From positions 202,306 to 266,305 of the forward strand of contig JAWLHY010000013.1 of assembly GCA_041690135.1 (NCBI GenBank): 64,000 bases of DNA. Reading direction: 5' to 3'. The notes beneath the pieces were generated by a model that was given only the letters and a program-made list of their open reading frames with translations, did no database searches and had not been told where the DNA came from. Below, piece by piece: positions 28,531 to 38,084 of this stretch. Source of the stretch: Armatimonadota bacterium. GTDB lineage: Bacteria; Armatimonadota; SYMT01. The translations under genes were made by a program, and so were the position numbers. How positions within the stretch are numbered: the stretch's first letter is position 1; the number at the start of each line of letters is the position of its first letter.

Positions 28531-28560
28531 CCTGAACGCCTGAACGCCTGAACGCCTGAA

Positions 28561-28887
28561 CTACAAGTGCTGGTTCAGTCGCTCGACGATGCGCTGCTTG
28601 GGATGTCCCGCGCCGACGATCTGGTCAACGACCTTGCCGCCCTTGAAGACCATCAGCACCGGAATCGTCATCACGCCGTAGCGGGTCGCGACGGGGCCGG
28701 CATCGTCCGTATTGCACTTCACCACCTTGACCTTGCCGGCCATATCGGCCGCCACGGCCTCCACGGTGGGGGTCAGCATCCGGCAGGGGCCGCACCAGGG
28801 CGCCCAGAAATCCACCAACACCGGAATATCGGAGTTCAGGACTTCCGCTTCCCAGTTGTTGTCATTCACTTCGAGCAGATTCGCCAT
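28561..28887 (-). CDS. trxA: Thioredoxin
   Basis: VDFWAPWCGPC, IP cis-Pro motif; start MANLL with an SD. Confidence 0.95.
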   Translation of the reverse strand: MANLLEVNDNNWEAEVLNSDIPVLVDFWAPWCGPCRMLTPTVEAVAADMAGKVKVVKCNTDDAGPVATRYGVMTIPVLMVFKGGKVVDQIVGAGHPKQRIVERLNQHL

Positions 28888-29004
28888 ACCCTTCTCCTGT
28901 TCGTCTTGGAAACGGAGACCGGGAAGGCCGGTCTCCCGGCGGTCCTGGCTCCAACGACCTTCAACCACACTCGATCGGATCTCACGGACCCGTTAGGGAA
29001 TCCG

Positions 29005-29178
29005 TCACCCGGATGGGGCGCACGCGCTATCGCGCGGAGCGGCTACCACGGAGAGCACGCGGCGCGCCTGTTCGTTGCCGCACCGCGGACAGCGGCTCGG
29101 CTGATCCATCTCGCGGATCGGGCGCAGCCGGCTGAACTTCTCCCGGCACTCCGGACACACGTATTCGTAAATGGGCAT
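29005..29178 (-). CDS. FmdB-family zinc-ribbon protein; possible Sec readthrough to 28993
   Basis: Manual translation MPIYEYVCPECREKF...CPRCG...RRVLS...SACAPSG then TGA; not in the ORF track. Confidence 0.88.
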   Translation of the reverse strand: MPIYEYVCPECREKFSRLRPIREMDQPSRCPRCGNEQARRVLSVVAAPRDSACAPSG

Positions 29179-29248
29179 CCTTCCGAAACCTGTTCACTTT
29201 TCTCGACCGGTTGGGAAGCAACCCCCACCTTCACCGTCGGAAGGGATT

Positions 29249-30817
29249 TTATCCCTGCCCCTGGGGGGTGTCAACGCGGGGGGAAGGGCGATCCCGTCTC
29301 CGGTAGACGCGGAACCGACCGTATTTGCCCTCTTCCCGGTACTGCCGAAACCGGAACGCCGCGAGGGGTTCCGCCCAGGCCGGTCGAGTAAGAGGTGTAG
29401 GCGGCTCCCACTCCACCCAGTATAGAGGCGGAGTGCCACGCAGGTCGTCCAGCATCTCTGCCAGCCACACCTTCCGCCGGGACTCGCGGATGCTGGTCTC
29501 ACCGAACAACGGCGCATCCGAGGCATGCCGGGTCGGCGCCTGCAGTCCGCTGTAAAGGTAGACATGCGGCTCGAAGCCCAGCACCAGGAGCCGATCACCT
29601 GGTGCCGCGTGCGCCGCGACGTGGGCCGCAGCGTCCATCCCCTCTGCCACCGAGTAGTCAAATACACCTCGGAACCGGCGGTGATAGTCTTGAAGCGTGG
29701 TCCGGCCGGACAGCACGTCCAGGCTTGGCAGCCACGAAGGGACCTGTCGTGCCAGGGGAAAGAGGACCAGCGCCGCCCCAAGCGCCACGACCGGCACCCG
29801 GAGTGAGTGTACCCGGAAACGTCCTGGCCGGATCCTCCCCCACCCCAGTCGTAACAGACCGTCGGCGGCCAGGAAGGCAGCGGCCGGGGTAAGGACCGAC
29901 CAGTGGTAGAGGTAGAACCGCCGCTGGAGCACGATCTGGGCCAGGGCCAGCGCCCACCAGGTCGCAATCACCCACCGCACGCGAGTGGGGCGCGTTTCGT
30001 CCCGGAGCCACGGGACCAAAACGAGGGTGCTAACCACCACCAGTGGGAGATAGGTCGTCAGCCCCAGGGCATGTACGAGGTCCAGCGGGTTCAAACCGGC
30101 GGTCCGCGGGTCGCCGCCGGCGTACTCGGATTGAACGCGGACCAACTCCCACAGGTAAGGCAGCCCATCCCTCGCGGCGAAATAGAGTACGAATGCTAGA
30201 GGAACGCAGGCCGTCCCCACCAGGAGGTGCACGAGGTCCCGCCGGCAGAGACGTTGCTGGTTGGCCGCACCGGGAGAGCCGGGGAGAAGTGCAGCCAGGG
30301 CCAGCGCCGGGATGAAGAGCACCGCAGTGGTTTTGAGTGAGGCTGCGGTGCCGATGAGGAGCCCTGCCCCGATATACCGGCCGCGCAACGCCATCAATAC
30401 CGCCGCTGCCGCCAGGGGACCGATCAGCGTTTCCGTCTGGGCGAGATTCCAGTAGTCCAGCGCGCCAAAGGTGTAGAGACCCAGTAGCACCGGTGCGAAC
30501 AAAACGGTGGGATGGTGATGCTTGTCACCGCCGGTGAGTTGTTCGCCGAGGAGCACGAGCACCCAGGCCGCCCCGCCGGCGGCGATCAGATCGAGAAGCC
30601 GAGGGCCCCACGCCACTGACCCGACGAGGGCATACACCGCATAGATGCCGGGAAGCTTGACGTCCCAGGCGTCGCGGTAAGGCAGTCCGCCCTCGCGCCA
30701 CACCGCGCCGACGTAGGCGAACATCGCCTGGTCGCGCCCATAGGGGAAGAGCAGCGTCGGTAAGGCCAGGAGCAGGATCGCCAGCATGCCAATCCCGAAT
30801 GCCCGTTGGGAGTTCAT
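29249..30817 (-). CDS. Polytopic membrane glycosyltransferase (GT-C, PMT/ArnT-like)
   Basis: RDQAMF...PYRDAWDVKLPG; many TM helices. Confidence 0.8.
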   Translation of the reverse strand: MNSQRAFGIGMLAILLLALPTLLFPYGRDQAMFAYVGAVWREGGLPYRDAWDVKLPGIYAVYALVGSVAWGPRLLDLIAAGGAAWVLVLLGEQLTGGDKHHHPTVLFAPVLLGLYTFGALDYWNLAQTETLIGPLAAAAVLMALRGRYIGAGLLIGTAASLKTTAVLFIPALALAALLPGSPGAANQQRLCRRDLVHLLVGTACVPLAFVLYFAARDGLPYLWELVRVQSEYAGGDPRTAGLNPLDLVHALGLTTYLPLVVVSTLVLVPWLRDETRPTRVRWVIATWWALALAQIVLQRRFYLYHWSVLTPAAAFLAADGLLRLGWGRIRPGRFRVHSLRVPVVALGAALVLFPLARQVPSWLPSLDVLSGRTTLQDYHRRFRGVFDYSVAEGMDAAAHVAAHAAPGDRLLVLGFEPHVYLYSGLQAPTRHASDAPLFGETSIRESRRKVWLAEMLDDLRGTPPLYWVEWEPPTPLTRPAWAEPLAAFRFRQYREEGKYGRFRVYRRRDRPSPRVDTPQGQG

Positions 30818-30926
30818 CGCAGTTGCCGGCACAGTGTCCGCAGGTATCTCAGGCTGTCGCTCAACGGCCCGCACCTGCTCTGCGCCTCGGCGGAGAAGGC
30901 TCTTGGTGAAGAGTATGGGCGTTGTC

Positions 30927-31003
30927 CTCGCAACTGTTTTGACCCCTCGGCACGAACTTGCTTCTCCAGCGCGGTCAGTGAGGCCTGCCGGAGTGACGGC
31001 GCC
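30927..31003. repeat. Dispersed ~77-bp repeat, copy 1
   Basis: Colinear similarity to 39482-39557 (CCCTCGGCACG...TTCTCCA...GAGGC.TGCCGGAGTGACGGCGC). Confidence 0.7.
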
Positions 31004-31180
31004 CATGCCTCAGTGAACCGGGAACCTCGGCTTGTAGTCAAGCGCTTTAGCGCTGTCCGCACCCGCGACAAGGGATCCGGCGCCCGTCCCCCGGTGAAAC
31101 GTCAACGCGGCGAGCGCCATCTCCACGAACCAGTGGTTGCCCACAAGTTCGCAAGCACCCGGGCTACTCCCAATTCTGAC

Positions 31181-31217
31181 AGAAAAAAGAACGGGAGCGC
31201 CGCATCCGGCGCTCCCG
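31181..31217 (-). terminator. Rho-independent terminator
   Basis: CGGGAGCGCC/GGCGCTCCCG hairpin with a T-tract on the minus strand, after the DUF1559 gene. Confidence 0.8.
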
Positions 31218-31243
31218 CTCCGACGAGCCACCGTGGTGGAAGA

Positions 31244-31909
31244 CTACGGCTGGCGGAAATTGATGATCTTCAGAGAGCTAACCTTCTGGTGCTTTACGTG
31301 CCCATCCGCAAAGGCCGCGATGTAGCCGTTGTTGTGACGGTTGTATTCGAGAAGGTAACCAGCGGACATCGCCGGCACCCACTCTGCGGCCGGCGTGTCT
31401 CCGCTGTCCTCGATTCCGGCATCGCTTTCGACTGAATGCAGAAGGGCGACCAGTTCTGCCGGGGCCTGGATTCCGGCTTCGTGGCGGTTGGCATAGCCCG
31501 TTGGGTTCCGGTTGATGGCATAGCTCGACCAGAAGGGGGAGGAGCAGATATCGGTAGTATTCCCGGCTGCGTCCAGAATAGGAGTTCGGAACTGCAGCGG
31601 TTGGGACGGGCACTTGAAGAGTTGCCAGTTTTTGACGTAGGGCTGCAGCAGGGCCCGGTAATCCCAATAGTAGTTGACGGCAGCGGTAGGCGAACCACCG
31701 GCATCGCAGTCGGCGTGGAAGGGGCTGATGCCATCGTAATCCTGGGTGTAGGCGGTGGCCGCAAGCATCAACTGCTTCAAATTGCTTTGGCAGGCGCTGG
31801 TGCGAGCCGCCTCGCGGGCTCGGGCAAAGACGGGGAAGAGGATGGCAGCGAGAATGGCGATAATGGCTATCACCACGAGTAGTTCGATGAGCGTGAAGGC
31901 GCGCCTCAT
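31244..31909 (-). CDS. DUF1559 / prepilin-type N-terminal cleavage protein
   Basis: [33 protein letters not shown]-terminal H-x9-DG ([13 protein letters not shown]). Confidence 0.92.
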   Translation of the reverse strand: MRRAFTLIELLVVIAIIAILAAILFPVFARAREAARTSACQSNLKQLMLAATAYTQDYDGISPFHADCDAGGSPTAAVNYYWDYRALLQPYVKNWQLFKCPSQPLQFRTPILDAAGNTTDICSSPFWSSYAINRNPTGYANRHEAGIQAPAELVALLHSVESDAGIEDSGDTPAAEWVPAMSAGYLLEYNRHNNGYIAAFADGHVKHQKVSSLKIINFRQP

Positions 31910-32154
31910 CAAGGGATCTCCTTTGATACGTTAGAAATGGCGGGCTACTTGTCGCATGACAAGGCAGCTGATTGCCAGCTTGTGCTAAAGAATATCGCAA
32001 TCCTGAATGGTTGACGACGATTTTCGCGGGTCTCCAGAGGGAGTGGGAGAGACGACAAAAGGCCGCGGATGGCGATCCGCGGCCTCGACAAGGCTTCTCT
32101 GTGCTCGGTATCCCTTGCGGCCGGAAGTGTGGATTTCCAGCCCGGCCAGGCGCG

Positions 32155-33912
32155 TTAGCCGATGAGACGAGCGCCGGTGGCCTCTACTTCGTTCTCGTCC
32201 ACCAGGTCGTCCTGATCGAGGATCTCGTAACGGTAGCCCTGTTCGGTGAGGAACAACTGGCGATGGACGCCGAAGTCCTGGTCCACGGTATCGCGCGTGA
32301 CGATGCTGTAGAAGTGAGCCGGCACCTCCGGCCCCTTCGGACGGAGGATGCGTCCCAGGCGCTGCGCTTCCTCCTGCCGGCTTCCGAAGGTACCGGAGAC
32401 CTGGATCGCCACGTTGGCGTCCGGCAGGTCGATGGCGAAGTTGGCGACCTTGCTGACCACCAGCACCTTGATCTCGCCGGTCTTAAAGGCGGCGTAGAGC
32501 TTTTCCCGCTCCCGGTTCGGCGTCTTACCGGTGATGATGGGTGCGTCGTACCTTTTTGAGATCTCCTCCAACTGCTCGAGGTACTGCCCGATGATGAGCA
32601 CATTGTCCGCACGGTGGCGCTGTAGCAGTCGATCGATGGTGTAGTACTTCACCGCATTCGTGCTGGCGATGCGGTACTTCTCCCGGCGCTCGGAGACGGC
32701 GTAGTCCATCCGCTTTTCCGGGTCCATCGGCACGCGGATTTCGGTGCACATCGCCTCGGCGATCCACCCTTGCTTCTCCAATACGCGCCACGGAACGTCG
32801 TATTTCTTGGGCCCGATGAGGGAGAAGACGTCGTCCTCACGGCCGTCTTCCCGTACGAGCGTGGCGGTGAGACCCAGACGGCGCCGGGCCTGGATTTCCG
32901 CCGTCATCCGGAACACGGGCGCGGGCAGCAGGTGGACTTCGTCGTAGATGATCAGGCCCCAGTTCTGGGCATTGAACAGCTCCAGATGGGGGAAGTTCTT
33001 GAGATCTTCTTCGTCCGCAGCCTTCTTGTCTTTCTTGCCGCCCTTTCGGTACGTCAGCACCTGGTAGGTGGCGATCGTCACCGGCGCCATGCTCTTGTCC
33101 TCGCCGGAGTACTCGGCGATCGCTTCGGGTGGGAGATCGGTCTTGTCCAGGATCTCGTCGCGCCACTGGCGCGCCGCGGTGATGCCGGTTACCAGGATCA
33201 GGGTCTGCGTCTGCGCCCGTGCCATGGCCGCAATGCCGATCACGGTCTTGCCGGCGCCGCAGGGCAGCACCAGCACGCCCGAGCCGCCCCGTTCCGTGCC
33301 CCCGACCCAGAAGTTATCGACCGCCTCCACCTGGTAGTGACGCAGTCCAAAGGCACGGCCCCGCAGCGATTCCTCTCGCAGTTGGACAGGCATCGCGTCC
33401 CCCTGGGTGTAGCCTGCCAGGTCCTCGACCGGCCACCCCAGCTTGAGGAGGGCCTGCTTCACCCGGCCGCGGTTCAGCAGGGGCACTTCCAGGGCATGGG
33501 AACCCACCTGCTCGCGGAAGAGGATGCGTGCTTTGCGCTGGGCCATCACCTCCGCGAGAAGAGCCGGGTCCTCGCTTTGCAAGAGCAGCCGGTCGCCCTC
33601 GCGCACCAGCTTCAGCCGGCCGTAGCGGGCTACCAGGTCGCGGATATCGGCCAGCAGGCTCTGCGGCACTTCGAACTTGGAGAACCGCCGGAGACCCTCT
33701 TCCATTTCCGGAAAGTCCATTCCGGCGGCCCGGGCGTTCCACAGCGAAAGCGGCGTTACCCGGTAGGTATGGATGTGTTCCGGACTCTTCTCCAATTCCG
33801 CGAAGCCCGCGATTGCTTCCCGGCACTCCTCGTAAAAGGGGTTTTCCACCTCGAGCAGGAGCGTCCGGTCGGATTGCACGATCAGGGGGTTCTGCGGGTT
33901 ATAGCTGCTCAT
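32155..33912 (-). CDS. XPB/Ssl2-like DNA repair helicase
   Basis: LPCGAGKT, DEVH, GLTAT, QRLGRILR, N-terminal Helicase_C_3. Confidence 0.95.
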   Translation of the reverse strand: MSSYNPQNPLIVQSDRTLLLEVENPFYEECREAIAGFAELEKSPEHIHTYRVTPLSLWNARAAGMDFPEMEEGLRRFSKFEVPQSLLADIRDLVARYGRLKLVREGDRLLLQSEDPALLAEVMAQRKARILFREQVGSHALEVPLLNRGRVKQALLKLGWPVEDLAGYTQGDAMPVQLREESLRGRAFGLRHYQVEAVDNFWVGGTERGGSGVLVLPCGAGKTVIGIAAMARAQTQTLILVTGITAARQWRDEILDKTDLPPEAIAEYSGEDKSMAPVTIATYQVLTYRKGGKKDKKAADEEDLKNFPHLELFNAQNWGLIIYDEVHLLPAPVFRMTAEIQARRRLGLTATLVREDGREDDVFSLIGPKKYDVPWRVLEKQGWIAEAMCTEIRVPMDPEKRMDYAVSERREKYRIASTNAVKYYTIDRLLQRHRADNVLIIGQYLEQLEEISKRYDAPIITGKTPNREREKLYAAFKTGEIKVLVVSKVANFAIDLPDANVAIQVSGTFGSRQEEAQRLGRILRPKGPEVPAHFYSIVTRDTVDQDFGVHRQLFLTEQGYRYEILDQDDLVDENEVEATGARLIG

Positions 33913-35924
33913 TCTACTTCCTTAACAGATTCCGGATCAGATTCCGGATCAGATTCCGGCTCAGACTCCGCGACCGGCTCGCTGTCCTGAACCAGGCGCG
34001 CCCAGAGGATGGCGGCCAGGCGGTAAGTCCGCTCCTCGCCGTCTTCCGTCTCCGCAATCACTTCTTGTGGCCCCACGTACACGGGATACACGACCTCCGT
34101 GGCCCGTTTGCGCTGGGCATCTCCGAGGTAATCGATTTCGATAGATAGGCCGACTTCCAATGCCAGTTCCAGGAGTTCGCGGATCTGGCGCCGGCCGGTG
34201 ACCTTCACGTTTTCCGGAACCACTCCGTCCTCGGCACCTTCCGGTCCGGCCGTGAGAGTACTGTTCCGGCTTCCCACCAACTCCGCCGGGGGCGGGGGCG
34301 CCTTTTCCGGGTCCGCCGGCAAAGGCAACGTGTCTCCCACCTCCGCCTGGTTGATGGGCGCATACCCGCGGGTTCGGAGCTGGCGCATCAGCGGCGTGAT
34401 GGCCGCGTCGGCTACGAGGGCTGTCCGCTCCGTTAGCGGTTCGCCCATCTGCGCGACGATCGTCTTCAGATTTCGCAGTTCGTCCATCAACTCGGGCTGG
34501 TCCGTCACCAGGACCCACTCCGTGGGCACCAGACGGATCCGACCGTGCTGGCGCCCCGCGGTCTCCACCATGGCCTTGACGTTGGCCGGCAACCCCGTCC
34601 GGGAGAACCGCTCCAGAAAGGTGGCGACTTGCGTCACCGTGAGGCCGGAGTCTAGGGCTCGGCGGACCGACTCCGCATTCAACGGATACATGCCCGCCGG
34701 ACCACCCTTCTTTTCCCCCGTAAGGCGCCGCAGGTGGAACAGTACCCAGGGCGACAGGTTGGGCGGCGCGAAAACTTCTGCGTTCGGCTGAAGGAAGAAG
34801 CAGTGCTCTTCCGGAACCAGTCCCTCGCCGGCGGTATCCGGGATCAAGACCGCCCTACCCAGGGGCGTGAGCCGGAAATGCCTGGGGGCGTCCGGGTCAT
34901 CCACCGCCACCAGGCCAAGCCAGTAGAGGCTACGGGCCAGGCGCGCGGCCACAAAGGACGGGTCGCGGTTGCCGTTCCACTGCTGGAACGCCATCGGGAC
35001 CATCCATGCTAACCGCGCGGCGACGGACCCGACAACGACGGGTGTTTCGAGATCCAGCTCCGCCGCGATCTCCAGCATCCGCGCGCGCTGATCGCCGAGT
35101 TGGGGCGGTAGATAGGAGGCCTCAGCCGGGTCGCCGCTCGCGCTCTCCGGATAGCCATGGCCCTGCTTCCAGCCCTCGGTGTAGGTGAGGGCGCGTGTCC
35201 GCTCGGGAGCCGCCAGCCAGGGTTCCGCCGTCTCCGCGACGGTCAGGATATTCTCACCGGAGGCCAGCAGGAAGCCTGCTTCGACGAGGAGGCTGTAGAC
35301 GAAGTCTCCGTATCCTTCCAGGGGGATGGCGAGCGCCGCTTCGATGTTCCGCAGGTCGCGTCGGTTGATGCGCCGTGCCTGGGTGAGCTTCATTCGCGTC
35401 CGCGCGATCCGGGACAGGGCCTCCGCGAAATCGCCGGAAAGAGTACCCGGTCGCGGGTCGCAGCGCACGCCCGGCGCGGTTTGGAGTTCCGGCGGCACAA
35501 CAAACCCCGCCAACGGGGTGTCGGGCTCACTGCCCTTCGGCGCCGCCACGTAACCGGTGGCGGCCTGCGTGCCTGGTGGGATGTGGATGTGCTCCCAGTC
35601 CCCTTCGGGGAAAACGAGGCCCCACAGCCGCAAGCTTTCGAGTACCCCGCGGACCACCGCGGCCTCGGCGGTGGCCGCTTGCGCAATCGCCGACTGTCCG
35701 GCCCGCTTATGATGCAGCAGGTACCAGAGGACCGCCGCTTCCGCCTGGTTGAGGCGGATGACCGAGCTGTAGACGCTTCCGTACTGCTCCAGGGCTCCCG
35801 CCAGCGTTCTCAAAAGCGTCTGCCGCCCTACCCGGGCGTCCTGCGAAACACGTACCCCCCGGCGTCGCGCCATCTCTCGCAGGTCTTCAATCGAAAAATC
35901 GCCCAGGTAGTCGATCAACTTCAT
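33909..35924 (-). CDS. XPB-associated helicase-associated-domain protein (Helicase_C_3, WYL-like C-terminus)
   Basis: ESVRRALDSG...FLERFSRTGLPANV; C-terminal IEIDY...ERTYRLAAI; 4-bp overlap with the XPB gene. Confidence 0.82.
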   Translation of the reverse strand: MKLIDYLGDFSIEDLREMARRRGVRVSQDARVGRQTLLRTLAGALEQYGSVYSSVIRLNQAEAAVLWYLLHHKRAGQSAIAQAATAEAAVVRGVLESLRLWGLVFPEGDWEHIHIPPGTQAATGYVAAPKGSEPDTPLAGFVVPPELQTAPGVRCDPRPGTLSGDFAEALSRIARTRMKLTQARRINRRDLRNIEAALAIPLEGYGDFVYSLLVEAGFLLASGENILTVAETAEPWLAAPERTRALTYTEGWKQGHGYPESASGDPAEASYLPPQLGDQRARMLEIAAELDLETPVVVGSVAARLAWMVPMAFQQWNGNRDPSFVAARLARSLYWLGLVAVDDPDAPRHFRLTPLGRAVLIPDTAGEGLVPEEHCFFLQPNAEVFAPPNLSPWVLFHLRRLTGEKKGGPAGMYPLNAESVRRALDSGLTVTQVATFLERFSRTGLPANVKAMVETAGRQHGRIRLVPTEWVLVTDQPELMDELRNLKTIVAQMGEPLTERTALVADAAITPLMRQLRTRGYAPINQAEVGDTLPLPADPEKAPPPPAELVGSRNSTLTAGPEGAEDGVVPENVKVTGRRQIRELLELALEVGLSIEIDYLGDAQRKRATEVVYPVYVGPQEVIAETEDGEERTYRLAAILWARLVQDSEPVAESEPESDPESDPESVKEVE

Positions 35925-36077
35925 GCAGCCGCCGGTCCTCCCATCCCCACCGTGTTCCAACCCCTAAAGCCATCCGTCATGGTATCACGACGAGCGGAAA
36001 ACGATTAAGAGATTCGGAGAACGATAAGGGAGTGCCGGGAATTGACGGCGCTGATGCGTGAGTGCACTCAGGGTTTC

Positions 36078-36611
36078 TCAAAGCCCCTGGATGGTGGGGT
36101 CGGACGGGAACACCTCCTTCATCAGGGCCGCGAGCTGGGCGTGCACCGGGTCGAAGTCTTCCCAGCGCAGTGAGCCGGGGGGCGCGATCGAGAGCATCTG
36201 GCACTCGAAGCAGAAATGGAGGTCCACAACCTCCCCATCCTTCTTGAACCGCACCACAACTCCGGGGATCGGCACGCACCCCTTGGCCGCATCCCAGAGA
36301 TAGCTGCTGGGGCGGCGCAGGATGGAGCGCAGACGTTCGGTCCACTCGCGTGAAGGAGTGACAGGAGGCCCCTTTCGCAGTTCTTCCGCCGGCCACTGCC
36401 GCCCCGCCCACTTCCCGATCTCTTCCTGCTGTGGCTTTCGGAGACGGTACACTTCCACCTGGTCCGCCTCTTGCAGGATTCGCCACACTTCCGGCCCGAA
36501 GTATCGGCGGACGCGCATGCTCTCTTCCGCCCACAGGAACCCGGCCACGCTGGCGGTCACGGTGCCCAGCAGCGCAATTCCGGAAGTGAGGACCAGGCGG
36601 CGAGGATTCAC
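36078..36611 (-). CDS. Hypothetical membrane-anchored protein
   Basis: N-terminal TM; KGCVPIPG...FCFEC; 5 bp downstream of the MlrC-like gene. Confidence 0.7.
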   Translation of the reverse strand: MNPRRLVLTSGIALLGTVTASVAGFLWAEESMRVRRYFGPEVWRILQEADQVEVYRLRKPQQEEIGKWAGRQWPAEELRKGPPVTPSREWTERLRSILRRPSSYLWDAAKGCVPIPGVVVRFKKDGEVVDLHFCFECQMLSIAPPGSLRWEDFDPVHAQLAALMKEVFPSDPTIQGL

Positions 36612-36616
36612 CCGAA

Positions 36617-38077
36617 TTACTCCAGGGGCCAGAGTGGGCGGCGGACGTGCTGGTACTCGAACCGGAGCGGGTTGACCGCCGTGACGCCGGGAGTGTCGGC
36701 CTCGATGATCTCCCCGGCAATCGGCTCGTAGGCGGCCCGGTAGGCGATGGCGGCCTTCACCACCAGAAGCTTCATCCGTTCTGGTAGGATCCCCAGGCTC
36801 GTCAACTGGTGCAGGCTCATCGGCGCCGTGCGGCGGCTGTTCAGCACGACAAGAGTACCGGTCGGCAATTCCACAACGGCCGTGAGACCCTGATTCCAGC
36901 GGGTCTGTCCCCCGTGTCGCGGCTCGGGCTCGAAGAAACGGCCGTCGTGCAGGCTGCGGACCCTGCCCCGGATCACGACCGGGTCGCCGTGCATGCGGTC
37001 CGTCTTCCCGCCTACCCGCAAGTCGACTTCCGCATCGATGCCGGCGGAAGCGCAGGCGCGGGCCGCTTCCGGATCGTAGATCACGCTGACGGCGCCCGGC
37101 GCGCCCTGCCGGACCAGTTCGGCCAGGATGGCGGTGCTGTCACCGGGAGAACCCCCGCCGATGTTGTCCCCCATCTCCACGATCACGACCGGCGGGTGAG
37201 CCGAGCGGATGGCGCGTGCCACAGCCTCCGCGGGATTGGGAAGGTCAATGCGGATCCGGTCCCGGACCTTCCACATCCGCAGCGCGAGCCGGCCTGCTTC
37301 GGATTGTGCGAGTTCCGGGTCCCCGTCGGTTACTACGATCACCGAGGGCCCCATTTCGTGCACGTCGGCGTAGGGATAGCCGGCAGCCACACTGGCGGCC
37401 AGGATGCCGTTCTGTCCCTCCAGCGAGGCCGCGTCTTCCATGATGGAGCGCAGCGGCTCGGCGCGAGTGTACTGGTGGAGAATGTTCCAGACCATCGGCG
37501 GCTTGGCCATCCGCTGAACCGGCCGGATCTCCCCGCGCGCGGTGCGCGCGATGATCTCCGCTGCCTGCAGTCCGCGCGCTTTCTGATCCACATGCGGGTT
37601 GGTCTTGTACACGACCGTGGCCGTCGCGTGCTCCACCATCTGCGGCGAGGCATTTACGTGGAAGTCGTGCGTCACGACCAGGGGCAGGTCCGGCCCCAGC
37701 ACTTCCCGCACACGACGGATGATCTCCCCGTCGCCGTCCGGAAACTGCTCCGAGACCATGGCGCCGTGGACCGCCAGCAGCATCCCGTCCAACTTCGGCG
37801 CCGCGCGCAGGGCCTCCAGGAGTTGACCGGTGAGCGTCTCGAACGCCTCGGCGGTGACCGTCCCGCCCGGCGTGGCCCCGGTCATCAGCGTGGGGTAGAG
37901 CTCATAGCCGAAGCGCTCCGCCCCCTCAATGAACCCCGCCATCTCGTGGTGCGTGTCCCGCCACCACTTCACCAGGTCCTCGCCCCGGTGATGCCGCACC
38001 ATGAACTCATCCAGCCCCGTCGGCTTCGCCGCGAAGGTGTTCGACTCGTGGTGTATCCCGCCAATCGCTATCCGCAT
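36617..38077 (-). CDS. M81 / MlrC-family metallopeptidase
   Basis: HESNTF, HGAM, DFHVN, PHVD, DNIGGG. Confidence 0.92.
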   Translation of the reverse strand: MRIAIGGIHHESNTFAAKPTGLDEFMVRHHRGEDLVKWWRDTHHEMAGFIEGAERFGYELYPTLMTGATPGGTVTAEAFETLTGQLLEALRAAPKLDGMLLAVHGAMVSEQFPDGDGEIIRRVREVLGPDLPLVVTHDFHVNASPQMVEHATATVVYKTNPHVDQKARGLQAAEIIARTARGEIRPVQRMAKPPMVWNILHQYTRAEPLRSIMEDAASLEGQNGILAASVAAGYPYADVHEMGPSVIVVTDGDPELAQSEAGRLALRMWKVRDRIRIDLPNPAEAVARAIRSAHPPVVIVEMGDNIGGGSPGDSTAILAELVRQGAPGAVSVIYDPEAARACASAGIDAEVDLRVGGKTDRMHGDPVVIRGRVRSLHDGRFFEPEPRHGGQTRWNQGLTAVVELPTGTLVVLNSRRTAPMSLHQLTSLGILPERMKLLVVKAAIAYRAAYEPIAGEIIEADTPGVTAVNPLRFEYQHVRRPLWPLE

Positions 38078-38084
38078 TTTTAGA

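Noticed and set aside
30947-30963. Sigma-54 promoter-like CGGCACGAACTTGC
   Set aside because: GG-to-GC spacing is 9 nt rather than the required 10, and the second repeat copy lacks the GC.
33926-33970. 12-bp tandem repeat AGATTCCGGATC
   Set aside because: It encodes the low-complexity ESEPESDPESDPES tail of the helicase partner and is ordinary.
32155-35924. XPB plus partner as a novel system
   Set aside because: This bacterial gene pair is already known and widespread.
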